A DNA stretch of 56,726 nt, filler included, from Platydemus manokwari (GCA_037951405.1; 5 parts of 5 records of this genome joined end to end with filler, not necessarily neighbours in it), one strand, 5' to 3'; shown: positions 26,501-39,699, counted from the whole stretch's first letter. Notes: a model not told the origin generated them from the letters alone. Made by a program: numbers and translations.

Positions 26501-29500
26501 CATAGTTTATGTTTTGAATATAATTTTATGTGTTCATTACTTATTTGATAATTAAAAATAAAAAGATAAATAATAATTCAAAGTTTTGTTTAAAAGTAGT
26601 TCAGAATGTTAATTTTAATTTTATAAAATACATGTTTATAATCATAGACATTTACAAACAAACCAAGTTGTATACGATGAATATCTATAGTACGATTAAG
26701 TAAATAAACTTTAACTTCACTTGTATATTTTCAAATTTCTTGATTATTAGTTAAGATTGTCATAGGTTCCATTTTAATTTTCAATTTATATTTTTGAGAT
26801 TTTTAAATATGAAGAAGATACATATATTAATTTCATAAAAGCAGTATTTCGAATATCTAGTAATATTTCTTCAACATTATCCCATTTTTTACCAATTAAA
26901 TCTCTGTCCATTCCAAAAAATTTATGATTTACTCATTTTAATTTACTCTCGGCTTCTATTTGGACTTATGTCTTTCATCTGGCTTCAATCTTCTAACAAT
27001 GCCTTCATTTATACTTATAGGAAATTTGGAGTTCTAGATATCATCTCTATGCTCAATGATGACTTTGTACGGAATGTAGTAGTCGCCTTCGGATTACTTA
27101 ATGGTAGGGCTAAGGTCTTTCGGAAGTTCATTTCAAAAAAACTCTAACACGTGCAATTACCGCTTTGCATACTTCCATTGAAATGATATTCGTCAGGTGT
27201 TGGACTAGTTGAGCGACATGAATAATACTGCAGCGACTTTGTGGTCTAAAGTTCGTAACATTTGGACACAAGCCTCCGTTCAAATCTCATTATTGAGAAT
27301 ACTGAGAAAAATAACTTTCCTTCTTGATATGAATGCCCTACGATGCCGAACTTAATTTTGCCCGCAATTGTGAGATTGATAGGACGAAATATAGGACGAA
27401 CTGAACTCTGCTCAGACTTGGTCTGACACCCATGTCTTTATAGGACGTGGCTACGCTTCTTATTGTAACAATCTGTGGCTTATAAACCATTTTAATTAAT
27501 TGTGATCAATGCACAATATTATTTTGTCCGTTAAATATTGCTTGAAATGTGTGCGTCTACGAAAAAAAAATATTAGAACTTCATTTTTACTATTAATACA
27601 ATTCTTTTCGATTTTCTTTAGTGACCTGTTATATGCTACCGTATGATCTTTTTCTCCATCATATTGATCTAAAGCAGCTACAACAGCGATTCCATTAGCA
27701 TCATTAAATTATACTATGTTATCCATTGGTCTGATGTCAATCTATATAGAGGGACAAGTAGAGTATTGTAATTTAAAATCCTTGGTTTAGTACCTTTTCT
27801 AATGTTTTCGCAGTAACCTGGTTGATCTATTAAGTTGTCTTCAGTTTTTTGTCTAACTATTATTGTTGTGAATGTTTCAAATGTATCTCGTTTCTTTTTG
27901 GATAATAATCGAGTGTATATGCTTAAAGTTAAAAGGTACCATGTTACCAAGAATCATCAATTTAATTAGGATTCTTCTACATCCAATATATAAAAAGAAA
28001 ACATATAATAAATATAAAAACGTATGTATTTTGTTAATCACTATTATTTTAAAATAATTAAATAGAAATCATTTCATAGAGAACTGAGTTGGACTACATC
28101 TACTGTACACTATTATCAATATTTTTAATTGACAAGATATTTCCAAATATGGTGATTAGGGCTTATTTATATTGAATCTGAGACATTTGACGATAAAATT
28201 TAATTGCATGAAACTTTGAACTTTATAAAATCGAAGTCATTTGGGAAAAGTTCAATTTTACTGTATAGTAACGGTTTTAATTTTAATTACCAGAAATATC
28301 TAAAATGTATAGTTGATTTTTGATAGATAGGCCAATATATTATTGGCCATGCTATTATGCGACCGGTTGTGGTAATTTGGGTATTTTCCAAAATATAGTC
28401 ACAAAAATAAGTATTTTGTATGTTTTTAATAAAACTAAACACTATAAATATCATAATTCCATATATTACCTTCAGTCCTGATATAAAAATAAAGCATTAA
28501 TGCATTTCGTAGTTATTTCATCATTGATATCTAATCAATATCAACCGAAGAACACGAAGACAAAATTTGGTCCGCCAATATTTTTTACTTTATAAGACAT
28601 CAATTTTATAGTGCAGTAAAACTATATTTGATGTATAACTTTATACAGATAATAGAAATAAATTTTTAAAAACTACAAAAAAAATAATACCATTTTAAAT
28701 AAATTGAAGCTTGACTTCTCAGAATATTCGTTATTAAATTCCGAGAACAATGTTAATAATTAAAATGGAGAATAAATTATCGAAAGGATATAATTCAAAA
28801 TTAAGAAATGATAAATTCATAGCCGTTAAACAAATTAATCAAACAAAGAAAAGTGGTAGTCGTTTTAAGTTTCATTGTTTTTAAATGGATTTTCTTGAAA
28901 CATTTTTATCTCGAATCCATAAATTCTATGATATTTTTTTATTTAAATCATATAAAATTATGAAACATTTTATAATCTTTTGAACATAAAATTTTATAAA
29001 AAATTCAGAAATTAGTAACTTTTATTCGAAAATTGGGAATTGATTTAAACTGAAGACTTCTATATAATATAATATATAAAGTAATCAATAACTTTTTATC
29101 AGCATATTTTTCGAATGAACGTCACATGTAGTAACTGATGAGTATTCTTTGATCTAACAACAATCTTTTTAATAAGTCTTTATGTGAAATTTTAATCAAA
29201 TAAAAACATGTCAGATCAAAATCAAATCACAATAAGTGGTTCAGTGCCAGAGAAATAAAATGCAAAATCAATTATCAAAGTAGTCAAAAGACTTGCAAAT
29301 TTCTTCAATGATTAGATAATTTGCTTGTCTATATATTAATTCAAGGGCTTTATTGCTAATTAAATCATAACAATCTAAGATTAATTTATTAAATAAAAAT
29401 AGGTTCGATATTAAAAAAAATGACAACATTAATTCTAAATTTGTCATTTATGAATCTTCAATTGCAGCCTTAGTCACTCGTAAAGTTATACGAAATAATT

Positions 29501-29858
29501 ATACCAGAGTTAAAATTCAGAGTCGTCTACTGCAAGTCGCTTAAGAAGATCCAAACATACTAAACAGAAATATACAAGCTTGTTTAGAAATCACAAAGTT
29601 AATAGTAAATTAATTGAATAAACTATAATTAATACTGAATAGAAGTTGCAAGACATTCAAATTAATTTTTNNNNNNNNNNTAACAAATTAAAAAATAACA
29701 ATAAGGAACGAGAATGCTCCGCAAAATAAACATTGAGATAATATTTCCAATAAAGGGATTTGGAAAGGAGCCTTGTACAAAAACATTAATTCAATAATTG
29801 ATTCTTAATGATTCATCTTAACGAAAAAATTAAAGCATATCAAAATTTATTAGCAACA

Positions 29859-30509
29859 TCACGAATGAAAAGTATCGATCAAAAATTGAGAATCGATTTC
29901 TATCTGATTAGGGAGTTTAAATTTTCGAATTGCTCGATCAGCAGGTTTGAATAAAAAGTGACTTCCAAAAATAATTACATGGTGTGAATCACTAATTTTG
30001 ATAATAAATTCACTTTTTTCTTTTAAAACATTTTTGAGAACACAATCTTTTAATGATGCAACTTTAAACGTGTTTTTTGTATCTAGTATGATAATACCAC
30101 TGAATCCAACCAAACTAGGGCAAGATGATGACTTTTTCACAATGATTTCAGCGCCAATCAAATCCAATCTCAATAAGGAATCATTAATTGCTTTTGTGTT
30201 TATATTTGATGTAGAACGCAGAATTGATGCAAAAATTTGTTGAACGTAAGTTTGCCATAAATTATTTAATTCAATCAATTGATTATTATCCATTTTCTTT
30301 TGTGCTAGAATTATCCTTATATTCTTTCTTTTTTCTTTACTTGTTAACCCCTTTTTACCTTTGGGCAAATTATCAGACTTCTTTACAATTTTCGATGAAT
30401 GGAAATCTAATGTAGCCCCATCTTTCTCTGTAAACTCTGAACCTGCTTCTTTAAAATAATTTTTAATAAAACTTATATTTGTCTTGAATTCTCCAGATGA
30501 TAGATCCAT
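29859..30509 (-). CDS. POP4: Ribonuclease P/MRP protein subunit p29 (POP4/RPP29), about 216 aa
   Basis: Family motifs LNNLWQTYVQQI and LLRLDLIGAEIIVKKSSSCPSLVGFSGIIILDTKNTFKV...NVLKEKSEF...IFGSHFLFKPADRAIRKFK. The first ATG is at 30509. A probable 5' intron spans 30757-30528 (GTAAGT...TTTTCAG). Confidence 0.93.
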   Translation of the reverse strand: MDLSSGEFKTNISFIKNYFKEAGSEFTEKDGATLDFHSSKIVKKSDNLPKGKKGLTSKEKRKNIRIILAQKKMDNNQLIELNNLWQTYVQQIFASILRSTSNINTKAINDSLLRLDLIGAEIIVKKSSSCPSLVGFSGIIILDTKNTFKVASLKDCVLKNVLKEKSEFIIKISDSHHVIIFGSHFLFKPADRAIRKFKLPNQIEIDSQFLIDTFHS

Positions 30510-32299
30510 TACCAAAATATAATTGCTCTGAAAATCATTAAAATTTATAGATATTTAAACAAACTTTCAATAATATAAATTAATTGTGCTCAAGGAGATT
30601 TATTTGTAAAACTCGAAATCTTTCTATTTCAATTCACTATAACTATCAATTTCAAACTTTGTATTAAACAAAGTTATCTCTTTTAGTTGAAAAAATTTGA
30701 ATTATAATAATAATTATATTATTTCTCAAAAGTTTAAAAAAAAATTTTGATACTTACATTTTTTCTTTTAATATTTATTATTTTTAGTTTATTTTATACG
30801 AAGAGTATTTCCAATCCAAGATAATTGACTTTACAATAAATGATATGATAACTAATGGATAATCAGTTATTGTAATAAGTCAAATAGTAAATAACAATGA
30901 ACAAGATATTGAGTTTGAATTAAACAAATGTGTAATGACGAATATAAGAAGTATTGTGACTTGAAGACATTCCAAAAATCATTGCTAGAAATAAGTGATA
31001 CTAAAAGTCAATTAGTATATAAAGTTCATAAAATGACAATGGACTAATACTGTGAAATCAATATAAAAATTTGAATAGACTTTTATTATTTGTATTATTA
31101 TTATTTGTATATTTGTATAGTTTATTATTTGTATAATTTTTGAAGTAACTAAGTTAACTTTAATATAATAATCAAAATTTAGCGATATATTATTAAAAAA
31201 ATTAAAATAATAACATGCCAAAGGGTTCTGCCCTTTATTATTAAACAGTAGACTAGAATGCAGATTCAGTAAATTTAATTAATGATACATTTCTAATTTA
31301 GACATTTAAATAATACAAACGATTACACAATTCTTGGACCGAATTAGTTTCTAGGACTACTTATTAATATTTGTGTAAAACTGAAACTATTTGTATAAAT
31401 AGAATACATAAATTGAGGTAGAATAAAAATAATCATGTGAAATAAATTTAATAGTCAAATAAAATAAGCAGGCATTTAAGATATACTTATAGAATAAATT
31501 TGTTTCTACTTTAGTAAATTTAATTGCGGAGAATATTTTACTGCTCTAATAAATTAACGGCTAAAAAATAAAATACAGCTAAGGCACGATAATAGATAAT
31601 TCACGATTTCATAATTCTATCTGCAGAGAAGACCGAATCACATTACAATCTATTACAATCTAAAATCATATTTTGAAATATATAAAATCTTTATTTACCG
31701 AGTCATGTCTCAAAATTGAGCCGGTTTTGATCCAGTGAAACAAGGGAACCCTGTTAATCATAATCTTTTCAGAAATCGATTGGGGTAAAATCAACTTTTG
31801 CTTCAAATTGTAAAATTTGCAAGGAATATTGAATTAGTGTATAATTGTATAATTTTATATTTTAGTTATAAATCACGTGGTTAATAAAAGATCAATAAAA
31901 ATAGAGCTGAACAATGGCCTGAAGGCAATATATGTATAATAAGAAACAACGGATTGAAAAGTAATAGTAACTTCAATATCACTCATAAAGATAGAAGACC
32001 TAGCTCAGATTTAAAGAAGAAAAACTTCTGGAATTCGAGAAAATGACTTATTCGGGACGGAGAAACGCCAAAGTATTAAAAGAAAAAGAAATGAAAGCAG
32101 AAGCGACATCGACTTTGACCAAATTCCAAGTTCATGTCAAGGAGACAAATACCAACCAAGATATGTTTGTAACATGACAGGCAACTAAATGAAATTCAAA
32201 AGAAGAAAGTTTTGACATACCCAAGGCAGTACTTTTACAATAATGCTTGTTAACTAGTGACTTATATAATTAGTGATTTATAAATAATATTGTTTAATT

Positions 32300-33410
32300 A
32301 ATAATCTTTTTTGGTCTTTTTGTAATTTAATTTTTGAAGAGTTTCGGCGATGTTTTAATTTAGTAATGTATTGCTTGAGACTTAACTTCTCAGCATTTAA
32401 CTTTTCAATGATGTTCTTTTCATCTGATTTTATGTGCTCCAGGTCCCATGGCATATTCAGATCTTAGGATTTTGGCTTTGAAACACCCGTTTGTTCTTTG
32501 ATAAGTCTGATAGCTTCATAGATATTCTTGAGGCTTAGTTGCTTCAGTCCAAATTTCAAGATCTTTTTAGAGAAATCTTCTTGGAAACTTCTTCCTTGGT
32601 AGCCAAATTAATTCTAACCACGGAAATTTTAACTGTTTTGAAAAATCTCCAATAAAGTGTCCCTATCAAGTGTAATTTTTGACTTTTTCTTCCTGTATAT
32701 ATCAACAAGAATTTTCTTAATAGAAGCTCAATCGGCTATGTAATTTATATCAGATTTTATCTCAGACTAGTGTTAGGTTTTGGTCTTATAAGTAATTAAT
32801 CCCAACACAAGTGAGTTCTTTAAAGTTAATCTGATTTAAATTGAAATCAACCTTCTCGATTATCAGTCTGTTATTATTAACTACGTAAAAATATATTATC
32901 GATTAAAATCAGAACAATTATTAAATAACAATTCAAAAAATTAAAGACACTTTTATAAGAAAAGTCCACTATTGAAAATCAAAAACAAATTACAAAGTTT
33001 TCAGAATAATTTACAATTAACGAGTATCGATTTATTAATAAATCGAACCAACAAACAAAATTAATTAATCTACAACGATCTCAATTTTAGCTCAATCAAT
33101 TTAGGGTACGTGAGTGGTCGATTCGAATTTGACGAAGCGGCCTATAAGTAATAATTTTAGATAATATAGATTTTAAAATATATTTTTATATTCGTTCTGG
33201 CAACCTCCGCACCTTTGAGTTAATCCCGTTTAAGCAAACTATACGATACTGCCAATTGTGTCGTAATTGAAGCTTGTGGAGCTTTTGAAGTCTATAAATT
33301 CGTCGTCTGAAATCGAGTATCGTCGTCGGCAGTTTTTCTGTTTTAAAGTTTTTACTTTCTAAGAGTTTTCTTTCTCCGTTAAGACTTTTAGGTTTTATCG
33401 TTAAGATTTT
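32300..33410 (-). mobile_element. Degraded LTR-retrotransposon 5' part: partial LTR running into the gap, PBS-like site and gag-like relic
   Basis: The minus strand has ...GACACA followed by ATTGGCAG (about 33250-33262, resembling an LTR end and PBS). Downstream is a stop-interrupted lysine-rich frame containing *ASIKKILVDIY and NMPWDLEHIK (cf. gag PMDLD). Confidence 0.3.
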
Positions 33411-33510
33411 NNNNNNNNNNNNNNNNNNNNNNNNNNNNNNNNNNNNNNNNNNNNTTAATTAATTAANNNNNNNNNNNNNNNNNNNNNNNNNNNNNNNNNN
33501 NNNNNNNNNN
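33411..33510. other. Artificial scaffold spacer N44-TTAATTAATTAA-N44
   Basis: Same 100-bp construct as at 11185. Confidence 0.97.
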
Positions 33511-33530
33511 ATTATTACTATTATTATTAC

Positions 33531-33570
<40 letters not shown>
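33511..33570. repeat. (ATT)n microsatellite at a contig edge
   Basis: About 20 ATT/ACT units, directly visible. Confidence 0.92.
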
Positions 33571-33571
<1 letters not shown>

Positions 33572-33857
33572 GCATAAATTATCAAATTTTAGGCATCAAT
33601 TACTACCTAAAAATAATTATTTAATCTTGTCATCATGTATTTCCAATAATTTAAAAATTTTCAATTACAAGTCTATATTTAATCGAAAATATAAATTAAA
33701 ATATTTATTAAACTCAAATTCTGGACAATTAATTTTTAATAACAAAATTATTGCATATAATTTTTGAACTTGTTATTTCGAGTTTTAAATAAAACCTTTT
33801 TTTTACGATCTCAATGAATATTTAAGAAATCAAGAACATATTTGATATAATAGATTA

Positions 33858-34463
33858 ATGACAAATACTCATCATTATGATGAAAACGTCAATTATTTCT
33901 TTGGTATTTGACACGGTATATAAATTTATCTTTCTTGACGGAATGATTATTTATAATAGTTTTGCAAATTGACACCATTTTTCTACAAAGTTATATCAAA
34001 TTTGTCTAGAAAGTGTCGTTAATCAACTAGTCGTCTATTTATTCTTACTAATTAATTCCTTTGTTATCATTATGATTTATTATATTTATACATTCTATGA
34101 AAGTTAGAAAAATATTTATCTTAGTTTATGAATGCGATCTATTAAGATTTGCTTGTTAAAGTAGTCGGATTTCGAAAATACATTATTTTAATTAACTAGC
34201 ATAATTAAATTCTTTAATATCACAACAATATTTAATATTGATTAAATATACTTGATTGTTAGAATATTTAAAATTGCCTAACTTAGATTTGAAACGTTTT
34301 TTCGTTTCTCAATTGTTTTAATCTTAATTGTTTTTATTTTAATCAATAATGATTATTTTTACTGTAAACAAATTTTCACTCAAATCATCTCACTCAATTC
34401 GTAATAATTATCTTACTATCTCTTAATAATAAACAAATTATGTTCGCAGAAACATGTTATCGC
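33858..34463 (+). CDS. Putative upstream exons (33854/33858-33903, 34010-34102, microexon 34450-34463) encoding a short N-terminus and a transmembrane helix of the death-domain-like protein
   Basis: All three are flanked by AG/GT with compatible phases (1, 1, 0). They give MTNTHHYDENVNYFF-E-SVVNQLVVYLFLLINSFVIIMIYYIYTFYE-K-TCYR, in frame with exon 34879. Hydrophobic runs arise easily in AT-rich DNA, so this is tentative. Confidence 0.38.
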
Positions 34464-34878
34464 GTATTTTAAATTATTACTTATAATAAACAAACTTGCC
34501 GGATTTCAATTAAATATTTCGCTGTTAAAATGTATTATTTTAAATTCATTGATTGACATTTAACTGTGATCTCCTGCATATCTGATTTTATATTGTAAAT
34601 AACAGAGTTTTTATATTTTAATAATTTACTTGCTCGATACATTATAATAATAGGCTAATAAATAATTCCAATAATCTTCTTAAAGTAATTACTTATTTTT
34701 GGCAACAATTATTGCTAAAAACAATTTTGGAAAATGTTCCTAAGCATGAATTTCTTTAGTAGAATTTTAAAATTTGTTTTAAACATATTTCTGAAGCGGT
34801 TTTGTTATATTTTTATTTATTTATTTATTTATTTCAAATATAGTTAACAAACAATACTAATAATTGAATATATATTAG

Positions 34879-35290
34879 ATTGTGAAAAACACAAAAAATG
34901 AGCTGTACTTACCAATTATTGATTTCGAATTGTTGGAAGAAAGTAAACTGAAAGAATTCGTTAAATCTACAAGTGGAAATGAAATCCAAAATGTGATTTC
35001 ATATCAAAACAACTCCAAAAATTGCATTCACGTTAGAAAGATAATGGCATACTCCAAATCGCATTTTCGAATTATTGCTTCGAACTTAAAAGACTATTTC
35101 AAACTTCCCGATCGTTTATTTTATGTTTATCTGTCTTCTTATGATAAAATGATAAATCAAAAACATATGGATGTACTTGCTCTACTTCAGCACAAGTATG
35201 CTGACAACGTATTGCAAATACTCATTGATTATTTAATTAATATGGAAATGGTTCACCCATTGGTTATTTGTAAAATTAAAAAACATTTCT
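34879..35290 (+). CDS. Internal coding exon with a C-terminal death-domain-like helical bundle
   Basis: A 412-nt open exon in very AT-rich DNA, bounded by TATTAG| and |GTAAGT. HFRIIASNL..FKLPDRLF...INQKHMDVLALLQHKYADNVLQILIDYLINME follows the death-domain pattern WxxLAxxL..Lxx.I....EQxxxMLxxWxxxxxxxxxxxLxxAL. Confidence 0.6.
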
Positions 35291-35408
35291 GTAAGTATGC
35301 AAAATTCGAATTTCATTTCGTATAAGATCAATAAAATAAATTAGTTTCTTCGTTAAATTTTACGAATAATATATTTTGTATGCATTATATATTTTATTTA
35401 TTAATCAT

Positions 35409-36000
35409 TGTTGCTTTATATGATCGTTCATTTAAATCTTTTTTATTGTATTCACTGTTTGGTAGGTCACAAATCAACGAAAATGTTTACAGGAACCAAT
35501 GAAATAAACCCAAAAAGGGTCCACACACGTGAGCAGTCAGCCAATCAGATTAGTTCTAATTTTAATCCATATTTAGAAGTTAAGAATCGACAGGCACATA
35601 CATACAGATGCGGCAAGCCTAAATGTTTACCAATGGCACGAGAAATGCGAGGAAAATTTCAAGTAGACTTATCCTAGAATAGATTCAGCAAATGGAAAAC
35701 GAAGATCGGCGACATCAAGCGGACACACCTGATAGCTCTATAAAAGAGGCTGAGTTCCATGAATAAATGTCAGTATTTTTGGTCGGTAACTCGCGTGTTA
35801 AACTTATCTTTATGTGATTTACAGTAATCAGTCTTTTTAATTACTTTCTATTTTGTTTTCGACTTTCGTGTGCTGATCCTGTCTTGCGTGATTAACCTTT
35901 GTGAATTGTAAAGAGGTTTACTAGCAGTTGTTGAGATTGCAATTGTAATGTTTTTGGGTAATATAGTTTTCAGGTCCAATTGTTTATTAATAATCCAACA
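35409..36000 (+). mobile_element. Solo LTR (592 bp)
   Basis: Termini TGTTG...CAACA, flanks TCAT/TCAG (4-bp TSD with one mismatch), and internal CCAAT and TATAAAAG. It aligns by eye along most of its length with 38966-39496. Confidence 0.75.
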
Positions 36001-36780
36001 TCAGCTGGCATAGTCATCGTGAAACAATCTATTTTTAATCTAATAAAATATTCAAAAATCATTACAGAAAGATTAGATAATTTGTTAATAATTGGGATAT
36101 ATTTTGTATTTGTTGAAATTAATAATCTCATAATAAAATTTCCGTCAAAATTTTAACGATATTTTAAATTAGATAAATAAATATTGGATTATTAGCTCAA
36201 AGAATAATTTATGAAATATTAACAATGGTGTAGTGGGGACTTATTATCCATTATAGGACAACTTTTATTAATTATGTTTTTGTCGTGATTTAATAAACCA
36301 TATTGATGGTATTTCTGGCTCTTGATTATGTTTAAAAAATTCAATTTCTTATTGCAATTTTCGATTGGCAGTATGGGCTTGTTTTATTAATTTTTTATTC
36401 ATCAGTAAACAATTCAAACTAAGGTAACTTGAGGAGATCAAATAATCTGAATATAATCTTATTTGCAATTATTTTAATCTAAAAGTTAATTCCGTATGTC
36501 GCTTTAATTGAAACAAATAACGTCATAATTATCATCGATATGACCGATTAACATTAAATTAAAGATTCTGCATCGATTTTATCATATATATAAAATTGCT
36601 AATATTCCATTCAAGTTGTTGTTGATATAAATATTTTTAGAATCATACTAGGTTTCACACAAAGCATTTTTAAGGCTTTAATAAAATTTCCGAAACATCA
36701 CAATTTTACTGATTAATAATTTATTGATTCATCAAATATTTCAATATCCACCCCCATAATCATTATGAAAATCAGATATA

Positions 36781-37319
36781 CCGTGCGATTTTTAAGTATC
36801 CGTATCTAAAACCTAAATAAGACAACAGTAAGAACAAACTAAATGTATTGAATTACTTTAAAGCAAAACAAAACACAATTACAGTAAGAACAAATAAGCA
36901 ATTAGTGCCATCATTTTCTTTTACAATATTTGCCACCTTTTCCTTCATGATTTCATCAGACGGTCTTCCTGATTGCAACCTAGTGAATAAGTTTTCATTT
37001 TCTTTAAACTTCTGTTTCCAGTATTGCACTGTTGTCCGTGCTGGTGGTGCATGATTGAAATGTTGTTGAAATTCTTGACAAGCTTTGGCACTACTCTGGT
37101 ACACTATTGCATGGCTAACTATAAACACTCTATCTGCAAGCTAAAATTTCACATCACCAGCTGCTTTCTCCATATTGTAATAATGCAACTGATTAATAAT
37201 AAATAAAGTACATCAGCGATTATTTAATATCGATTAGTATAAATTTGTGAGTATAAATTACCATATTGTGTTTGTTGTTTTATTTTAGTTTTAGAGACGG
37301 AGACTTATGAATCGCACGG
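36781..37319 (-). mobile_element. Internally deleted non-autonomous Tc1/mariner element with about 50-bp TIRs and an N-terminal HTH (DUF4817-like) fragment
   Basis: The left end CCGTGCGATTTTTAAGTATCCGTATCTAAAACC matches the reverse complement of the right end CCGTGCGATTCATAAGTCTCCGTCTCTAAAACT, with TA on both flanks. The internal frame reads RVFIV...ACQEFQQHFNHAPPARTTVQYWKQKFKENENL...SGRPS. Confidence 0.88.
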
Positions 37320-38965
37320 TATATAAAAATAAACTAGTAATTCAACTTTCAGTTGAAATCACTTTTTAAGACCATATTATTTTACAGTTTTATCTGTAAA
37401 TAATATGTAATAGAAGCTGGTCTTGTATTATTCAATCATGGATTTGACACTAATTATTAATCACAACTTAAACTATATAATCAATTATTAATTGGCTCTC
37501 ATGTGTAAGTTTTGTTTATTTTACTATATTTATGATTAGCTTCTATTTATTTTGATTTAATTTTTTTCTTCATATTATTAACTTTAAAATAATCTGACTT
37601 GTTGGAATGAGTCATTGAATTGATAGGAAACTGTATGTTAGTATTTCGTTGGGTTGAGTAACCAATGAGTTGACTTTATGACTAATTTTTATGAGCTATT
37701 TAATGAAACCTCAACGAAGGAATCTGTACACTTTATCAGAGATTGATTGATTGTCGTAAGTAGTTATTAAATTATGTTTAAATATATAAATTAAAATAAA
37801 AATATATAAATAAACCACGTTTAAGTTAACATATAAGTCTTTTATCAAAATGAAATATTAATCGACTAAAATTTATCATTAAATTCAAATTTAAATTTAA
37901 AATTACATATTCAGTTAAATTGATAAAAGTTATTATGAAAGCGCTGACTTAGTTTAAAAATCCGTATATATTCATAAATAAACTTAAACAAATTAAAATA
38001 GGACCACAGAACCAAATGCTGACTATGATTAGAGGAACTGGTTTAACAAAGAACAATCCTGCTTCTTGAAGATGTTGATTATGCCTAATTAAAAGACAAC
38101 GGTTTATAGTGATGTTCTGCACACATACGCGCATATATATACATATATTAATAAGCTACTAAAAAATATTATGTTATGTTTGTGTGCAATCAAATATGAT
38201 TATTGTGTTCATGAGTTCTCTATTTAATCGTCTATGTTGTATAACTAATTAATTAATTCACTTTCAGTCTCAAAATTGTTGATCAATCGATAATTTGTTT
38301 GATGTATGTTTATCAGTGTATTTTTGCATAGAGTTTAATTTATTTTATCGTGATTAATTTATTTTCTGCTTTTATTTTTTTAATAATATTTTTTTATTTA
38401 TTAATTTGGAGTTGTTTTCATTATTTCGATTTGATTTTCTGAAAACCATAATATTTTCTAGTTTAAACATGTTCATGATTTTCTGACAACTCTATTTTTT
38501 TACATTCGAGTTTAAACAATATAATAAGCTGCTATATTATTTTATCATGATTTTGTTATTATTAAAATATTGGTATATAATTGTACTATTTTTCTACATG
38601 TGCTTAATATTAATTTATTATTACTAATATTCATGTATCTGCTATTTCCCTGTTTGGGTTTGTCTCATTTAATGATGCCGAAACTATCTCAAATTTACTG
38701 AAATCTAAATTAAAGGCAAGGAGAACCATAGATAATATTATGATATTAAGTTTAAAGTAGCTGGCTACAATAGGCAAATACCCAATCGATAGAATTGTAT
38801 TTTTTAGTGAATAACGACTAATTAATTTACAAAACTATTAAGCGTAATAATTAAATCAACAAATCTAAAAAGGTACCCTAACCCAAATACAAAGAACTCA
38901 ATTAATTGTCTTCACTCTAAATAGCTTCCTTTTGTAATAACAAATTGATTAAATGAACGAGAATT

Positions 38966-39496
38966 TGTTGCTATGGTGTAAGTGCGATGGTGTTTTCTTG
39001 ATGTTAGGTATATCAAAAATGGTCAGTACACACAAACCCGATAAACACACTTGCCTTTAACCAATCAGATTAGTTTTGAAGTAAATCCATATTTAGAAGC
39101 TAAGCATCGACAGGCACATACCTACAAACAGTAGCAAGCTCAAATATTCGCCAATGACACAAGAGATATAAGGAAAATCTCAAGTAAATCGACTCACAAA
39201 CAGATTCAGCGAATTAAGAACGAATATCCGTGACATAAAGCAGACACATCCGATGGGTCTGCAAAAGAGTTTGAGTTCCATGGATTTCTGCCAGTCTTTT
39301 TTGGTCGGTAACTACAGTGCTTAGATTATGTGAGATTTTAGTAATCAATTTTTTTGTTAACTTTTCATTCTGTTTTTGATTTTCGGGCGCTGATCCCATC
39401 TTGAATGATTTTCTTTGGGTTGGATTTTGTTGTTATTATTGAGACTTTGAATTAATACAGATTTTCAGATTTAAATTATCGTTTGATAACGCAACA
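38966..39496 (+). mobile_element. LTR (531 bp), probably the 5' LTR of the decayed element downstream
   Basis: Termini TGTTGC...GCAACA, homologous to 35409-36000, with no matching TSD. It is followed by TTGACAACC (possibly a decayed PBS) and gag-like sequence. Confidence 0.72.
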
Positions 39497-39699
39497 TTGA
39501 CAACCTAATTTAAATGTCCTGTGTAAATTTTTTCTTGTACGAAACTTTTTTAAGATGAATTTTTGTTGTATTTTTTGTGCTGAAATACGGTGCTATTATA
39601 GCGACTTTCGAAATACTATCCACCAGGATATTTTTTATTAAAATTCTTTTCGGTTTTAATATTCGTTATTTTAACCTGATCTAATAGGTTTCGATTGTA

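Noticed and set aside
27050-27470. GC-richer segment with TLWSKVRNIWTQASVQI, possibly hATm-like
   Set aside because: One motif only; the family cannot be supported by eye.
28330-28348. Hairpin GGCCAATA-TAT-TATTGGCC as a Helitron 3' end
   Set aside because: No CTRR terminus at the expected distance and no other Helitron evidence.
36004-36016. TGGCATAGTC after the first LTR, resembling a tRNA-Ser primer-binding site
   Set aside because: It is offset from the LTR end, the LTR has its own TSD, and no gag sequence follows.
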